Shown here: one piece after another, positions 27,621-42,369 of the stretch
How positions within the stretch are numbered: the first letter of the stretch is position 1
Layout of the letters: each line of letters starts with the position of its first letter
Origin: Iphione sp. A-MEVVRFRX5
Lineage: Eukaryota
DNA length: 64,000 nt
Direction: 5' to 3'
Assembly (NCBI GenBank): GCA_976226885.1
Contig: OZ320318.1
Span: 25,854,001-25,918,000, forward strand
Notes under the pieces: generated by a model
Database searches by the model: none
The model's input: only the letters and a program-made list of their open reading frames with translations
Told to the model about the DNA's origin: nothing
Translations under genes and position numbers: made by a program

Positions 27621-30600
27621 AATTCTCAGTGGAATTATGTTTAATTGTTATGTAACACCTAATTTCTTCACAGCATACACACTTCATAATTCAAGTCTTT
27701 CCGCACTAAATTTGGCATGGACAATTTAAAGTAATATTTTCATCAAAATGTACTCCGAGCTACTTATAATATGAAGCCGTTTGTTCATACACGTCCTCAT
27801 TCAATGTTAATCACCCATGACAGCTTGGTTCACACACACATACTCGCGACGACTTTACCTCTGTACAAGGGACGAAGTGAGGGGCCACTTGCTCCGCTTA
27901 AAATGCGTTGAAACTCTCCACGATACACCATTATCTCGGGGTTGGAGGTGACCGGTTGTAAAGAAATGGAAAATGAAATTGAAAGCATCTGAAAGAATAA
28001 GGGAGTCTAGCCGTCGTCTACCATGAATGATTTATCTATTTCTCTGTCTAGTTGATACATCGAGATCTTCCAGTGAAAAGAACAGAGAAAAAACAGCGTT
28101 TTTAAAAGTAAAGGTTAGAAATTTACACCAGAATTCACTATCTTGTATGTACATCTCATACATTAATGAATGTATATTTCTATCGATTTTTTACAGTCAT
28201 CGGGAGATAGGAAAAAAACCATATGATGCAGTAAGTAGCTCAGATGTCTCTCGGCATTATCACTAAATGTAAGAGACCTCCTTGCAACGCAATTTATGTA
28301 GACTGTACGTTAGAGTTTTCACCAGGGAAGGACGCTTTCTGTATGTTGCTGCAACGTTTGTACTCTGCTTATATTCCTGGTTTGAAATCTCCATCAAAGC
28401 GAGGCACAATGTCAGGGTTCCAAACCATTACATGTAATGCATTTCGTTGATTATTCCTGAAGTACATGTAATTCACCCATCCTCCATCTCTTATTCACTT
28501 CTGTGGCGACATCACAGCCTATTATGTCATCATATTCCCCAGTGGAGAACTTCCGCATTAGGGTCTCGTAACATTTTCATAAAACCAACTTGTCCCCACG
28601 GGTTGGAGCATGTGCGTTGGTCTTTTATCACTTAAAGGTACTTTTTTTATTAGTGGTAATTAACAGTTTTACAAGTGATTTAACAGTAAGCTAAGAAAAA
28701 CACATACTAACGAAAAACAAATACTCTTTTCATATAAAATGGCCCTTTCCCACAATCAGATTAGATCCAAATTGGAGCTTATGGCACACGGATTCCATTG
28801 ATGCATTATGTACGAGCTTTGCGGTGTCGGCAACCTCACTGTCGTGTCAGAAAGCGTTTTTCTCGCTGTTGAAGGCCATAGCTATTTCACTCGGAATGTG
28901 TTCTCTTGCTCCACCTGCGTGAGACGGTCCCGATCTTCAGTAACCCGGCAAATCTCCCATCGACCTCCTCATCTGCTACCTGCCATAGCCCCCGTGTTAC
29001 CCAATCAGTTGCCGCACTATTATTAGCTGCGCACCAATTTACCACCTAGTGAGTCAATCCACTTTATACTCCAGGCTAGAGGAACGGCGCTTCTCCTTCG
29101 AGGTAAGGGTCCAACCTCGGGGTCCAGTTGGTGATCATTGGTCTTCAAACTCCACCTCTCTAACCCTCGGGTCAGTTACCCCTTGGCTCCTATTTTGTTA
29201 CTCCTTTTCTATCCTACATATGACGAACGTGATCAAATGCAATCGTACGAAAGGGTTTAAGTCAACTCATTCTATTAAAGATTATTTTATTGTTGGATCT
29301 ATCCTCTGCTTTACCTCCTTATAGAACCAGTGGAGAAGACTACATTTGTCCCCTCTACTGAATAAGAGTAATTGTCTTCGTCCAGAGACTGCATGATTCC
29401 TATCCGTCGGATCACCTCCATTTCTAAGTTCTCATTCTGTAATTGTTTCACGAGTTTAGTAATAAATAAATTATTCTTCGTAGGCTTCCTTTCCAGTTGA
29501 TGTCTGCGGACCCCTCGGAACCTTTTGCAACGTTTTGCATCGCCAGGGCCAAACTCATCTGTTGCTCTGGACGTTTACACCCTTGATGCAGACTCGTATT
29601 TTAGTGACCTAAACACCTCAGCAGAGCTACCGTAATGGCCGTGTAATCGTGGCTAAGTCTTCTCTCATGGCTCTAGTTGTTAGTACATTAACTTTGATAT
29701 TGCTCCAAACTCCCTGCAGATTGCAATCCTGATGTCAAAACATCCTTAGACCTTCATACGCTATATAAAAGGCTCACAGGAATTAACAGCACGGTAATAT
29801 CCCCCGTTTCACTAAATCGGATCCACCCACACTTTGGAATTATCCTCATGTCCCGCTGAGGTATGGTCCCTGCCTCGCCCAGCCTTGTCACGATAGCTTC
29901 ACCGTGGCTGATTGATTTGTCAAAGGGCAGGTGCGAGGAGGTGTCCCCTAGACCTCTACAAATTGGCGATGTGCCCCTCAAACCTATAACTATGACAGGC
30001 CTATACGTTACTGGTTCTGACCCAAACTGTACCCGTATATGCTTCTGGATAGTGTCCTGTTCGGTTCACAACTTTTGGATTTTATTAAGGTCTGTACTCA
30101 GAAGTTCGCTGTGATATATCGCCAAACCCTCATACTGCGACTATGCAGTTTAGGTTCCCTGCTAAGCGCAGAGATCAAAGGCCCGGTGTCCACGTGTATC
30201 ATTATCCATGTGCCTCATCTGTCATTTGTAAAAGTTCAAGCTCACAAGTTAACCTTTCGAGGCACTACATAAACCGTAATTTTGGCACTGATCGTGACCT
30301 AGCAGCAAGTACAATTCCCCTGTCAGGTTATCAAAGAGATGGTATATATTTCACTTATCAACTTTAAGTTAGGCTGTCAATTATGTTGATTCCCGAAAAA
30401 CAAGTTTGATATACATGCACTGATAGATGCATTAACTTCTTCATTCATCTTGGTCTGTATCATATTAGCGATAGCATTTTCTCACAAAGAAGCATTAGGT
30501 GTGAGCATATTAGCCTGACCAGATGCCGACTACATGCCGGTCAACTATACACAGGTTTTGCTCACAACGTACAATGAACCCATGGAAATATAATGTGTAC

Positions 30601-32599
30601 ATCGCCACTTGGGTTTAGGTACCTCTTTGCGATTAATAATAAAGGTGCCACATACTAAACTTAATCTTATGTTGTATGAAAACTGCCTGGGTGGGAGCAC
30701 GGTCACGGTCAGTCAGCCACCCAGTTGCAACACTTCTTTTTTTGTCTTCCTACAGTCAGAGTGCATTATTTTGCGACATAGAGAGACGTGAATAATTGTG
30801 TTATAATGTTTTTTTTTAATCCTCAGTCAAATGGTTAATTCATGATAGCAACGTTGTAAGTTTGCTGTAGCTTTGGTTTGTTTTCTTTAGCCAACAGATA
30901 CCTCAGTGAGAATAATGGCGAGGGTCATAGGCCCTTCCTGCAAACCTTTTGGTGCACCAAGCCTTTTCCCGACTCTCTCTGAAGTTTCACACCTTGTGGG
31001 TGATTAGCTACAATATTTCTCCCATGTTGCTATTTGTAAGAGAGGTTGGACCTACTGTGCATCGAACTGAATCATTTGGCACATCTTTATTTCCATGGTA
31101 ACATGTAATAATACTTACGCAGTGCAATACATTACAATTAAAGTAGCCTGATGTAATTTCAAAATTTACGATGACTAATGTAACTACATGTTCTTCCAAA
31201 TTCTCCTTGTCAGGCTATTACACCGAAGCTGCGTGATTATATATATAGGAGGCACCTTTCAGAAATTTGATAATAAACCGAATCCTACAGTGTTTACATA
31301 CAAAAAGACTGAGTTTGAATAGTTGATTTTTCCTTGAATCGAGGGGTCTTCTCGATCCCTGTAGGCGCTTTTAAAGACAAAGCATTTAATAATGCACATG
31401 GACAGAAGACTGGTAGAATATATTGCTGTTGCGCTTCGACAGCATTAACCTGATTAAGTCGTCTACTATGAAGTTGCAAGTATGAAATATAATTATGGTA
31501 ATGTACAAGCACTTCACGCGGGGTTCGCTATGCTTTTTTCAAGCCGTGAATATCATACTCATCAATTAGCTTTACTGCTGCTACTGTTTATCAGGAAGAA
31601 CATCAATAAACGTTCATAAGTGCCCAACAATGTGTTGAATTTATCAATGTAGCTACCTGTTAAAGTTGCCTAGATTCTGCAAATAAGGAACTGCTAGAGC
31701 AAAGGATTCCTTGCGTGTTGCCTATTCCTGCGCGTACCTCTTTCGATGTAAAGCTATACATGCCCCTTGCTGCTGTACGTTGTATCGTATGGGTTCGGTA
31801 TCAGAATGGATGTCAATCTAACACTACATACGAGGGGTCTAGTGCTCTGGCTGAATGTGCTTCTATACATACATGATCGGTGGAAAATACGCACGTTTCC
31901 TCGTTTTCTTAAGGGATAACCATAATTCTTGCAATCCGGATGCTAAAGACGGGAATTCATATACCTCTTACTGAAGAATGGTGTTTACAATGTATTTCAG
32001 CTGCCAGTAGGTCCATTATTGCATAATTTACGCATATACCGTATGGTGGATAACGAGACAATCACGGTTGAAACCATCGCTATTCCTCTGTCTTCTTCCT
32101 TGTGACTCACCCTTATCCTTCTTTGTTTGTCAGGAGATATATGACAATAGAGATTGTGACATCTCTTTAGACACCTCTACACGTCCTAGAGAGGGAGATT
32201 GAGCCAGAGCACTAGATCATTTCTAAGAGACTACTAAGCTGGTACAAGATCTTTGTAGAAACTACAGAGGATGCAACGTTGCCAGTGATTTGAAATAAAA
32301 TGAAGTAAAGTACTAGATATTTTATTGACACCTTTCATTCAGAGTTCTTCTTGATAAGTAATAAATAAACCAGAAAAGGTAAAAAGATAGGTAGAGAAAG
32401 AATTAACTAAACCTTACACAAAAAACTTCCTTATGATGTGACATAGAATCAGTGTACCATGATTTATTATATGCCTATGCCGGGATAATAATGATATATG
32501 GTATGAACATCATAAGGTGTTTCAAACAACGTGCCATTCAGAAAACTAGCCACGTTTAGAATTCTGTCAGTTCAATTTTTGAACCGAAAAATATAATTC

Positions 32600-34000
32600 A
32601 ATGAGATAGTTTTTGATTGGGTCTCCTTGTCAAGAGGGCCAACCTCATACACCTATTTATACATATAATTGAGATGGGTCAGCACACGAGGCTTAAGAAA
32701 ATCAATCCTAGCTCCCATTGGTAGCAGTCTTTTCACTCATGAAATTTGAAGGGCTGCTGCCCACATTTTCTTCTTAATCAATTTGACACCATTGGGAAAC
32801 AATTTTTCATCAATCTAAAATCTCGGTAGTGTCACAAAGTCTTTTGAGGCTTCAGAATAATTCAAGGTCAAGCCCAGATCTGTCCTGCTAGCCTTGTTAA
32901 ATGATAGGTACATACACTTTTGCTCACTTAATCAAAGAGCACTTTTCTGCACCAATCAGATACTGAGCAAGGTCCTCTGTGCCACACCTTGCAGATGGAG
33001 CAGATTCTTACCATATGCAAGAACAGTTAAATTAACTGGCTACATTACTGGTACTGTATTCTTTAGAAAGGATCTGGTCTCTGTGTCAGCAACCAAGCAG
33101 AATTCCACAGGGCCCAAAATTTATCCCTGAGGCACACCTTGTTTGAGTGGAAGACATGAGGCTTCTCTATGCTCAGCCTACCCACAAATAATAAACAAGT
33201 AATACATTTAAGCAGTTTAATAGTGATTTCGGTAAACTATTTGAAGGGACAAACACATCTCCCTTAAATATTAAATGAGTGGAACAACATCATTCATTTG
33301 TTTGATAATATTCAGAGATATTTCACAAAAATAACACTTATACAAAACTACTCTCATATAAGCAAAACCTAGGCTGGGTGGGTGGAGGACATCTGCAGTT
33401 GGCAGATCCCCTGCACCTCACATACTGTATGCGCACCATCATGTAGCTGCCTACCATCGTCACTAGTTTCCATTCTGCCCCCGCCTCTATTGGCCTGCTA
33501 ATGACCTGCTGATGGGGGACCATGTCAAAGGCCTTTTTTAAAGTCAATCTCGATGGCACAGATACAGAGTTCCTTGTTGCAGAGCTCCTGAACCTGGTTG
33601 ATTAAGTGGGCAATGACAGTATCAGTGATGTGGCCCTTGCAGAAGCCATGTTGAAAATCACTGAGAATAGAGTGATCTTCTAATTTTCTGCCAAAGTTGT
33701 CGGCAAAGCACTTCTCACATATCCTGCCTGGTAAGAGCAAGATGGAGACAGGCTGCTAGTTGCTGAGTGCTTTCTTGTTGTGTAGGTTAGAGACGGAGAG
33801 ACTGATTGTACATTAGCGTGTACATGTATGTTGTTAAAGCAGGGCTCCCTCATAATGGCATCAGCCATCCTCACAAAGGCCAAAAAATAGAAAACATCCT
33901 TGCTTCTGTTGTCCTTACGATTTTGCCATAATCCCCTCAAAAAGATTTCGATATACTGAGCCAAACACATCTTGAATTTTCTGTAGAAATTTGATTGAGA
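32600..34000 (-). mobile_element. Decayed non-LTR (LINE, CR1/L2-like) reverse transcriptase fragment
   Basis: Across frameshifts: ILSDFQHGFCKGHITDT, IEIDF/KKAFDMVPHQQVISR, VGSYMMVRIQYVRCRG; downstream LPMGARIDF resembles the LINE C-terminal LHWLP..RIDF motif. Confidence 0.85.
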
Positions 34001-37000
34001 CCCTTATGCCGTGAATTAGCTAGAAGAGAACCTGGTAAAATATGTAGTCACTTCCAATCATATATTTGGAAGATATGAGTGTCGACACACTAAATACTGA
34101 CAATTGCTCATGCTGGTGTACATCGTGGGTTGCTGTTTCATTAGGGACCATAGTAATAAGTCTGGATGACAGGCCGATTACTTGGAAGGAACCATCAGTG
34201 GGCGTTCATCAGCTTAGAAAGCTTTTTCGCCTATGGCAGTAAGAAACACACATAAGAATGCTTTGTGAAAACTAATGCCTTGTTGCTCGTTATCCTGAGC
34301 TTACCTGTAAGACCTGGAGATTACACGAGACGTCTGACTTTAGGTGGATTGTCCTTGGTTGTGTTTACATCTGAGTGTGGAGATTAGCGGAGATTAAGAG
34401 ACGAGCTTAAGACAGAACTCTACCCTTGAAGAGGTACATTTTTGGGGGTACATCCGACTGTAGACGTCACATACCAACATGTATGCAGTGGAACTCAAGG
34501 CAATGCCCGAGTAGGACACAGAGAGAATGTGTGTGTGTTTCCAGATCTCGTCGTATTCCTGTCAAATCTGTGTTTGTGACGTTTTTGTGTGGATCACATA
34601 GAATTCCTGACCGATATGTGTAAACTATGAGTTTTTTGTACAGATTTGATTAAATTCGATCGCCAAATGGTGAAGAAATGGATTCTGCTTCAAACTTTTG
34701 TCGTTTGTGATGTCATAATAGGAATCGTTCAATCAAAATGGATTATTTTGTGACATGGTCCAAAGAAGCAGTAAACATATACATGTACGTAGTAACGGTG
34801 TGAAAACCACTTCGGCGGTCCCCCCATTCTAGTAAAATCTGTTTTAGCTGTTTTTTTCTTTCGAAATGATATACAAATCAGGTAATTTTTTCACATCATC
34901 TATCATATAACAGATAGTGCCGATCAACAATAAGAGACCCAGGAGCCCTAAAGTCACCTCGCAGGATGGCTCAGTCACTGCAGTCTTATTTCACACCTGG
35001 AGACCATGGCTAATCCATTCCCTGAGCGCTCAGGGTGACAAGCTAAGCTTCCAAGATAAGAGCGGGATACCAAACAACCTACATATCAAGATTCGCACGC
35101 TATCTATCAGCTGAGGCAGTCTATATAACAACGAGCAACCGAGCACAAGTGACTAAACTACCTTAACTATGACACTGGATACGTACAGTTAAAACTTCGT
35201 GTTGGACACCGGTATGATAGGGTTTACAGCGTCTTAATGTCGAATTTCATCTCTGCTGCTAGCAAAAAGAGAACATGAGGTCAGCGTGTAATTCAACTAC
35301 ACATTCACATCACATGGCTTCGCGTCTATCGATTTCTGCTCGTCTTTTGAAGTTAAAAACAAGACATCATACTCGTCCACTGGAAACCGACATCATGAAG
35401 TGTTTGTTACGTGACTGTGGAATTCAAGGAGATCTTGACAGAACCTGACATTAAGTAGCAATGAGTATTCAGCGGAGGTCTCTCTGTACAGTTCATCGAG
35501 TTACGGGCTCAACTTATGCTGCCAGAGACCTCGTGCGGATATATGATCGTATTCGCTAAATAAATGTTTAACGAGGAAATACTTGATATTTACATGTAAA
35601 GAAGAAACAATAACGTGTGTGGAGTGGAGGAAAAAGTAAATAGAATAAGGGTTGGTGTCCATGTGAGCATGTTTTCATAGCCCTGCTGATGTTTTCCCTG
35701 TGGTTTGGGGAACTGTGCTTATCACCAAAAGTATTTTCATGCATATGTGTGGCATGAACCATGTAGCATGTCTGCTTGTAGCATGTTTTCAGAAGGGAAA
35801 GTTCCAAATCCGCCATGTTTTCATGGTTTTGAATGTCTGCTTACCACGGCAACTATGGTTAAATACAGAGATGATACATAATAGACATGCTACACATAAA
35901 CACATAAGCACTGTGACCTGACAAAGGCTGTTCACAGTGCCACGGTCATGAAAACATGCTGCACACATACGTGGAAATGCATCGATCTGTAAGGTACCGG
36001 TTTGTAATGTATATTGAATTATTACTCCCAAAGCTTGCATATTTCATAAAGTTCAATTTTGGAAGGGATAACTGATTTCGGGCTTACGAGCACATCTGTG
36101 TCGTGGGTGAACAATCAGGCTAAATAAATGTGATTAATGTTATTCTATCATTGAGACTTTAGGTCGGGCTTCAGTACGTAACACCATGTCAAAATATTTC
36201 AGGTTTGTGCTGGGGCAGGCAGTTAAGAATTTTAGCCTGGATTCCTAGTTCAAATAAATTGATTGAACAATTACCATATCTCTATTATTTTTCTGTGTTC
36301 AAACCAATAGTTTATCATTCTTCCAGTGAGCACGCATCTACAGCCCGGTCGGTTCCAGTCACCTTTCATTGTCATATGAAAGGTATCACATTGGTCCCTC
36401 ACCACTTAATGACATATTTGCCATGCCTTTATTCTGCTGTGCGTTGTCCGTTGCTAGGTGGCTGCCTGAAGGATTAGGGCTGTTAGAAAACCCTGCTGGT
36501 TTTCAATCTTGATGTTGCATCCTTGGGATAAATGTATTTTCTGTCGTTCGAAAAACAAACCTTGGCCGTGCGGTGACCTTCTGCATTGTGGTTTAAGGGC
36601 GTTCACCGCTAAACATCATTTTCTAAGGTCAACGTCTTCATTAGCAAATTACATATCCTGAAGTCAGAGAAACATTGTAGATAGGTTTCTTGGGATTTCC
36701 GTGAAATGAAGGACTTTCCTTATTGGTTTGCTAGAAAAATATTTCTTATTACAAAGAAAAATTCTCATTTCAAGATAATGAAAAAAATTCTTATATTCTT
36801 AATTTGAGATACACATCCAACAAATTACAAGAAAACTGTTCCTAATGTTTTCTATTTTTCATCCAGCTTTGAGAAAATATTCAACGAAGAAAAAAAACGT
36901 TGCCTCAATATGAGAAAAAATATAGGTAAACAAGAAGAAGAAGAAAGAAAAATAAATTATCCTTGTCTGTGACATAGTCACCTGTAATTTTGGTTCCGCT

Positions 37001-37434
37001 GATACACTTGCTCATTCCCCCTTCACAAATTAATCCTTGAAGACGGATTCTCAATTTTCTACCGGTTAGACTACTATGCACTTTTGTCGTTTAACTTGAA
37101 AAAGGGATTTGGATATGACAGTTGGTTAAATCTGGCAGGGTCTTCCATCTTGAAGACCCTATGGAGCCAGTGGTAATGATCAGTGGAAACATCTGTACGA
37201 GGGAGCCAATTTCCATTGGAACAGCAAGGATATATGTTGGTGATAAATCAATACGTGGGCGTTTCCTATTGCTACATATTCTTTAATGCAGGATGCTTGT
37301 GTTTCGATTTTTAAATTTCCATGTACACTGTAGTTCCATATATCTTGAATTGCAAATCTATGCAAAGAAATTAGTTTTACTCTCAGCAGTAAGGAAACTA
37401 CCAGTGCCAAGCATGTGCTACTAGTTGACTGGGT

Positions 37435-37650
37435 GGGCAGTTTCATCAGTTGGTAAGAGTGCTGACTAGCACTGGTCCATTGATGGAGAGGTTACAAGTT
37501 CAATCCTGGGCCTCAGAGTCTTGATCATGACCAGATGGATTTGTCCTAGTCCCAACCCAGAGTGGTCCACAACTTGTAACAAAGTTTGTGGGTATATAGG
37601 ATTCTATGCCCTATACATAAAGAGAACCAGAGCCGGTTCAAAATAATAAT
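37435..37650 (+). mobile_element. tRNA-derived SINE-like element
   Basis: A-box-like TCAGTTGGTAAGAGTGCTGACT and B-box-like AGTTCAATCCTGGG with tRNA-like spacing, followed by a body and an AATAATAAT tail; no intact cloverleaf. Confidence 0.5.
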
Positions 37651-40600
37651 AGATGATAGTACAGTACCCCAGGAGGATATGGAAGAAAAGCAAAAAAGAC
37701 AGCTGAATATCTAGTTCTTGGTTAAATATACAGTGAGAATGAAGAGTTAACTGGCATTATTCTGTTTTTATTTCCTATTTCCTGTAAAATCCTCATCCAA
37801 ATATAGAATACTTTTAGCAACTTACAGGTATATCCTCGCCTTCAGCAGAAATCTGTCAAGAAAGTGACCAATCAAAAGTGATGCGAAAGTTGATTGTAGC
37901 AAATTTGATGTAATCATCATGTCACACAACCTTTTTTTGGAGTATATAAGGAATTTTGTAATATGAATAAACAGATATTCTCTCATTTGTACCCTAAGAG
38001 AAGTATATCTTCATACCATCCGTTTGGCAAAACGTTTCGGGGGTTCACTTAAAAGTGACATTCACTCAGCAGGGCAATATTCCTGGTCCAATGCGAATGC
38101 CACATTTGGTTTCAGCCTGCTCGGTTTTCCATTTTTCTGACAACGTTAGTTACTGAATACTGGCTCCTAAGTACTGGACAGTTCCTAATGGAAGAGGTAA
38201 AACCCCAAACCAAGGGAATCCAAATTGCTGGGTGGCAGATGTTTCTGCTAGTTATTTTGCCAGGAGCACTGACAATGTTACCGGAGGAAAACCAGAGCAG
38301 ACACTTTGCGTTAATGCAACCGAGTTCAGTTATCGTGCATATCATGACTAAAGGAGTGCTTGCTACAAAGGGCACGGCAAGGAAAACTTTTGGCTACAGC
38401 ACATGATGAACTGGGCCTCTGTATTCCACGTTAGCCGTTGTAGTCATCTCTACCTCGACCAGGGAGACTCAACCGACAGTTGTGAGTGTTTGCACCTGCA
38501 CTCAACAGTCGCTATATAATGGTTTTTATCGTACGGGTGACATTACAGCTCCATACCATAGATTTGGTGTGACATTTTAAACAGCTTTGATACGCCAAAA
38601 TAAATGTTTACGTATGCATCAAACACAAGACTTTCTTCTCGAAAATAGATGTACCACTCGCTTTGTAATCTCTTATTCACAGTGGCGAACGGTGATAATT
38701 GTACCTAAAGATAAATATTTCACAGACATCAGCCCTGTACGCGTATCTGGTATTAACAGTTCCTTTACCTACGTAAACTGATGGGTGCCGTTTGAAAACT
38801 GACGCATCAAGGATTAATAGAGGTCATTCCGTCAACCGTGTAGAGGACAGCAGGAGAAAAGGGAAGCTCTGCTTACTTCTTATTCCTTTTATGAGTTCTG
38901 TCGACTACAAGAGTTTCTGCTGTTGTCTTGGCCTTGAAGCAAACACACACAGAATGTTCTTCGCAGAGCAAGTCTCACCTACCGCCTATGGCATGGTTGC
39001 CGCTATTGCATCGCCTCTGTCGATGACATTCACGTCTAGCTGAAAGCCGGCTGAATCTGTCAACACCTATTTGATATCACATTGTAAACGTATGTGAGAG
39101 ACTGCTGAGTAAATTAAGAAACGGGCACAAGCAATACACCATAATCTTCATCTGATCACTGGTTTTCTCTAAGCAGTAGAAGTGATATTGCCATATACAT
39201 TTGTTGCTCTCAGTATAAATTAACACTGATAAAAAAGAAAATGAAAAAAAACAACACCGATCTGTCGACCCTTTCATTTCCCTCAATATCACTGGAGAAA
39301 CAGATATTTTCTTTGTTGCCTAAAGTAGAATATTTCTCGCGGGACTATCAGCATATCGTCAAGAAAATACAATGCACCAGAATTGTATCTTATAGAAAGA
39401 GTTTGAAAGTAAACAAATGCTTTAAATCCGAAATCCAAACAGAATTCATCAAGCAAAGACCAGTTAACGGCCACAAATATGAAGTGAAGTGATGCTTGTA
39501 CTTTGTATGAATCACTTTGCAGGAGACCTTGCACTAATATTACTGTTTGAATCGATCCGTGGGAATTCCGGGCTGAAAATATATTCATGCAAAGTTTTCT
39601 CACCGAATATGGCAGTGATTTGGAATTTTTCACTGTCCATTCTGTAGTGTGATGGCCATTCCGTGGCCCATGCGCACTTGTCCACCAAATCCCAGGTGGG
39701 CCACAGTGGAATATGCAATTGCCGCGAACGGCCTGACGCCTGGTGCCCCTCTAAAGGCTGACCCCAAGTCCGTATTATCGCCCAGGGCCAAAGGCTCCAC
39801 CATCTACGCCGCATCTTTTATGCCCCTGACTGATCAACTGCGCCACGATATCCCTAACCACACCCACGTGCGCGTGATAAGGGTATTTCCGCCCCACTGT
39901 CATGTGATTTGTGTTGTTCTGCCTCCCACCCCTGCCAACGGTCTTTTCGCCGAGCACGAAACTATCGCCCAACAACGATGTGCCAACATTACCCGGTGAT
40001 TGGCCATGCCAGATGAGCAATGCCTCTCTGCTCGGGTGGAAAATGTCGCGTAGGCATTTTGTGTCCGAACGGCAACTGGGCAAGGGGATAGGCTTATGTA
40101 TTTTACGCTAGTGAACTACCGTCGGACGGATGTCTGAAGTCAGCTTGGAGGACGGAAGACAACTCACGTGGAATAGCTTTGAAAATGATCATGAATGATG
40201 GGAGGGAAATGCCACCCACTAAATACGGTCATCTCCCCTCAGATGACGTTTAAGTGAACATTGACTGTGTGCTTGTGCGGAAAGGTACGCGTACCGGCCG
40301 TTTTATCCATTCCAGTAAAACAGCGAGAAATGAATCAGTGCTTCACGCGTTACAAATAAAGGGTGCGAATGACATTTGCGGCTAGATTGTGTACATGGGA
40401 ACAAGGTAATCAAAGGAACGTGTATATATCAAAATAAGAAGAGGAAACACGATCTAATAAAAAAAAGTTAAATAAAGATGAACTGTGGTGTGATAGATAA
40501 AGGAGTGGGTCGGTGGGAAACAATCACAGTGACGGGAGAGAAGGGATAGACCGGGGGGAGAGAGAGTTCGACGCCCAAATAATGTCAATGTATATGAAGC

Positions 40601-41438
40601 TGGCATATCCGGAAATCTGATTCTTGTCATATTCATATTCCCATCCATGTACGACAATGTTCGTATTCTGGACGCCGAATATGCAAGATTTGTACACATG
40701 GACATTCAGCTCAAATAATCACCTGCGTGACGTCAGTGATCATCCATACCCCAATTCTTGCAGTCAGCAATCCGGGCACTTGTGGCCAGTACAGTGTAAA
40801 CAAAGATTTGTCAAGCCAATTTTTATAGAGATTTCATTGATGTCATATGAAGCCACTGTGCTCAATTCACATCTTTTTTGATAAACTAAATAACTAAATA
40901 AGTCTATAGATTTAAATCCTTTTCTAAAACTTATAATTCAGTAAAAATACTGCAGAGGTGAAGGGTGGGTGATAATTGGGGAGTTTGTGTATATTCCTGT
41001 GTAACATCTAAGGCTTTGTTAAAACAAGCCAGTGCAAATTTTGTCATATGCACTTGATCAAAAGGTGGAGTTACAGATGCCTTCATTATAATGTCAGATG
41101 TAATAATGAAATCAGTACCATATGTTTATTATGAAAATAAACACTACAATAGCTCAAAGAGGGAAACTCACCACCTTTCACCTCCACCCCAGGCAACCTG
41201 ACCTATATATGACTAGGGCTACCAGTCTTATCAGCCTCTGTGACGGCATGCCGACTTGAAGAATGGAGGAGCAGGGGCTATGCTTCAGCTCTGTGCATTG
41301 AATCAGAAGCGATGAAAGCGGCCTACCTGGAATATATATTGCAATTATGTGTATGTAGGTGTATAATTATGTGTAGATGTGTCCATGTATGTTGGTTAGA
41401 ACATTTGTATGCATGTTATACAGGTATCTAGGTAGTGA

Positions 41439-41769
41439 GGCCTAAAAAAGAATTATCTGTGTAACATAGTCAAAAAAGGTAGGGTCGGTTGGTCAGTGCT
41501 TTTAGTTTTTTTGCCTAGCAAATTTCACTATGGAAATGTTAGCGAGCTATTATCAAGCATGATATTGTCCCTTCTAATGCTTGGATTTAATTAGATATAT
41601 ATCGAATGAAAGCTTATAATACAAGAGATACATTGATATATTGTATGAACCTTTATCTTTATCCAATCCCAGGCTATTCACAAAAGAGGAAAAAAAATAA
41701 AAAAGTTACAATTGGCTCTAATAAAGGGTCGGTCGGGTTACCGAAAACACAGATTTATTTTATCAGGCC
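41439..41769. mobile_element. PIF/Harbinger-like MITE, copy 1
   Basis: Imperfect TIR GGCCTAAAAAAGAATTATCTGTGT / ACACAGATTTATTTTATCAGGCC, 3-bp TSD TGA, subterminal GGGTCGGT motifs. Confidence 0.75.
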
Positions 41770-41774
41770 TGATG

Positions 41775-42340
41775 TGAGTGTTTGTGGGTATGTGCATGAA
41801 AGTTTTTTTATATGTGGATGTATGTATGGATGTCTGTATATGCATACAGTACATATACTGTATATGCAGGTATGTGAATATATAGGTATATGTGTAGGTA
41901 TGTATTTCTTATTCAAATATGTGCATGTAGACATGTTTGTTAATATGTACGAATAGTGTAGGTGTGTATGCATGGATACATGTGTAGGTATGTATATAGA
42001 TGTGTGTAAACGGAGGTACATGTATGTGTGTAGGTATATTTTTATGTAGATAAATATGTATGTGCCTGTGGGTGTCGAGATATGTGTAGGTCTGTGTAGT
42101 GTAGTGTAGGTTTTTGTTCATGTTGTCATGCTCATTAATTTCACGGTGGCATCAACCTCAAAACTGCACATCCATGTATCTACATAATGTGTTGGTGTAG
42201 ATATGTGAGTTGTTATGCGAAAATGTGGGTGGAGATGTGTATGTATAGGAGTCTATAGATATGTTACTGTATTATTACATTATTGTGTATAAGTATAAGT
42301 AGATGTAGTTATGCATAGCTGTGCATGTTTAAGTGTGTTT
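41775..42340. repeat. Degenerate (TATG/TGTA)n low-complexity tract
   Basis: Dense tgtatg, tgtgta and taggta units; a shorter similar tract lies at 41340-41420. Confidence 0.85.
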
Positions 42341-42369
42341 AAGCTTACATATAACAATAGTATCCATAA

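Noticed and set aside
41606-42121. Several 70-116 aa ORFs rich in Y/M/C/V or H/T/I
   Set aside because: Translations of the degenerate TATG/TG tract.
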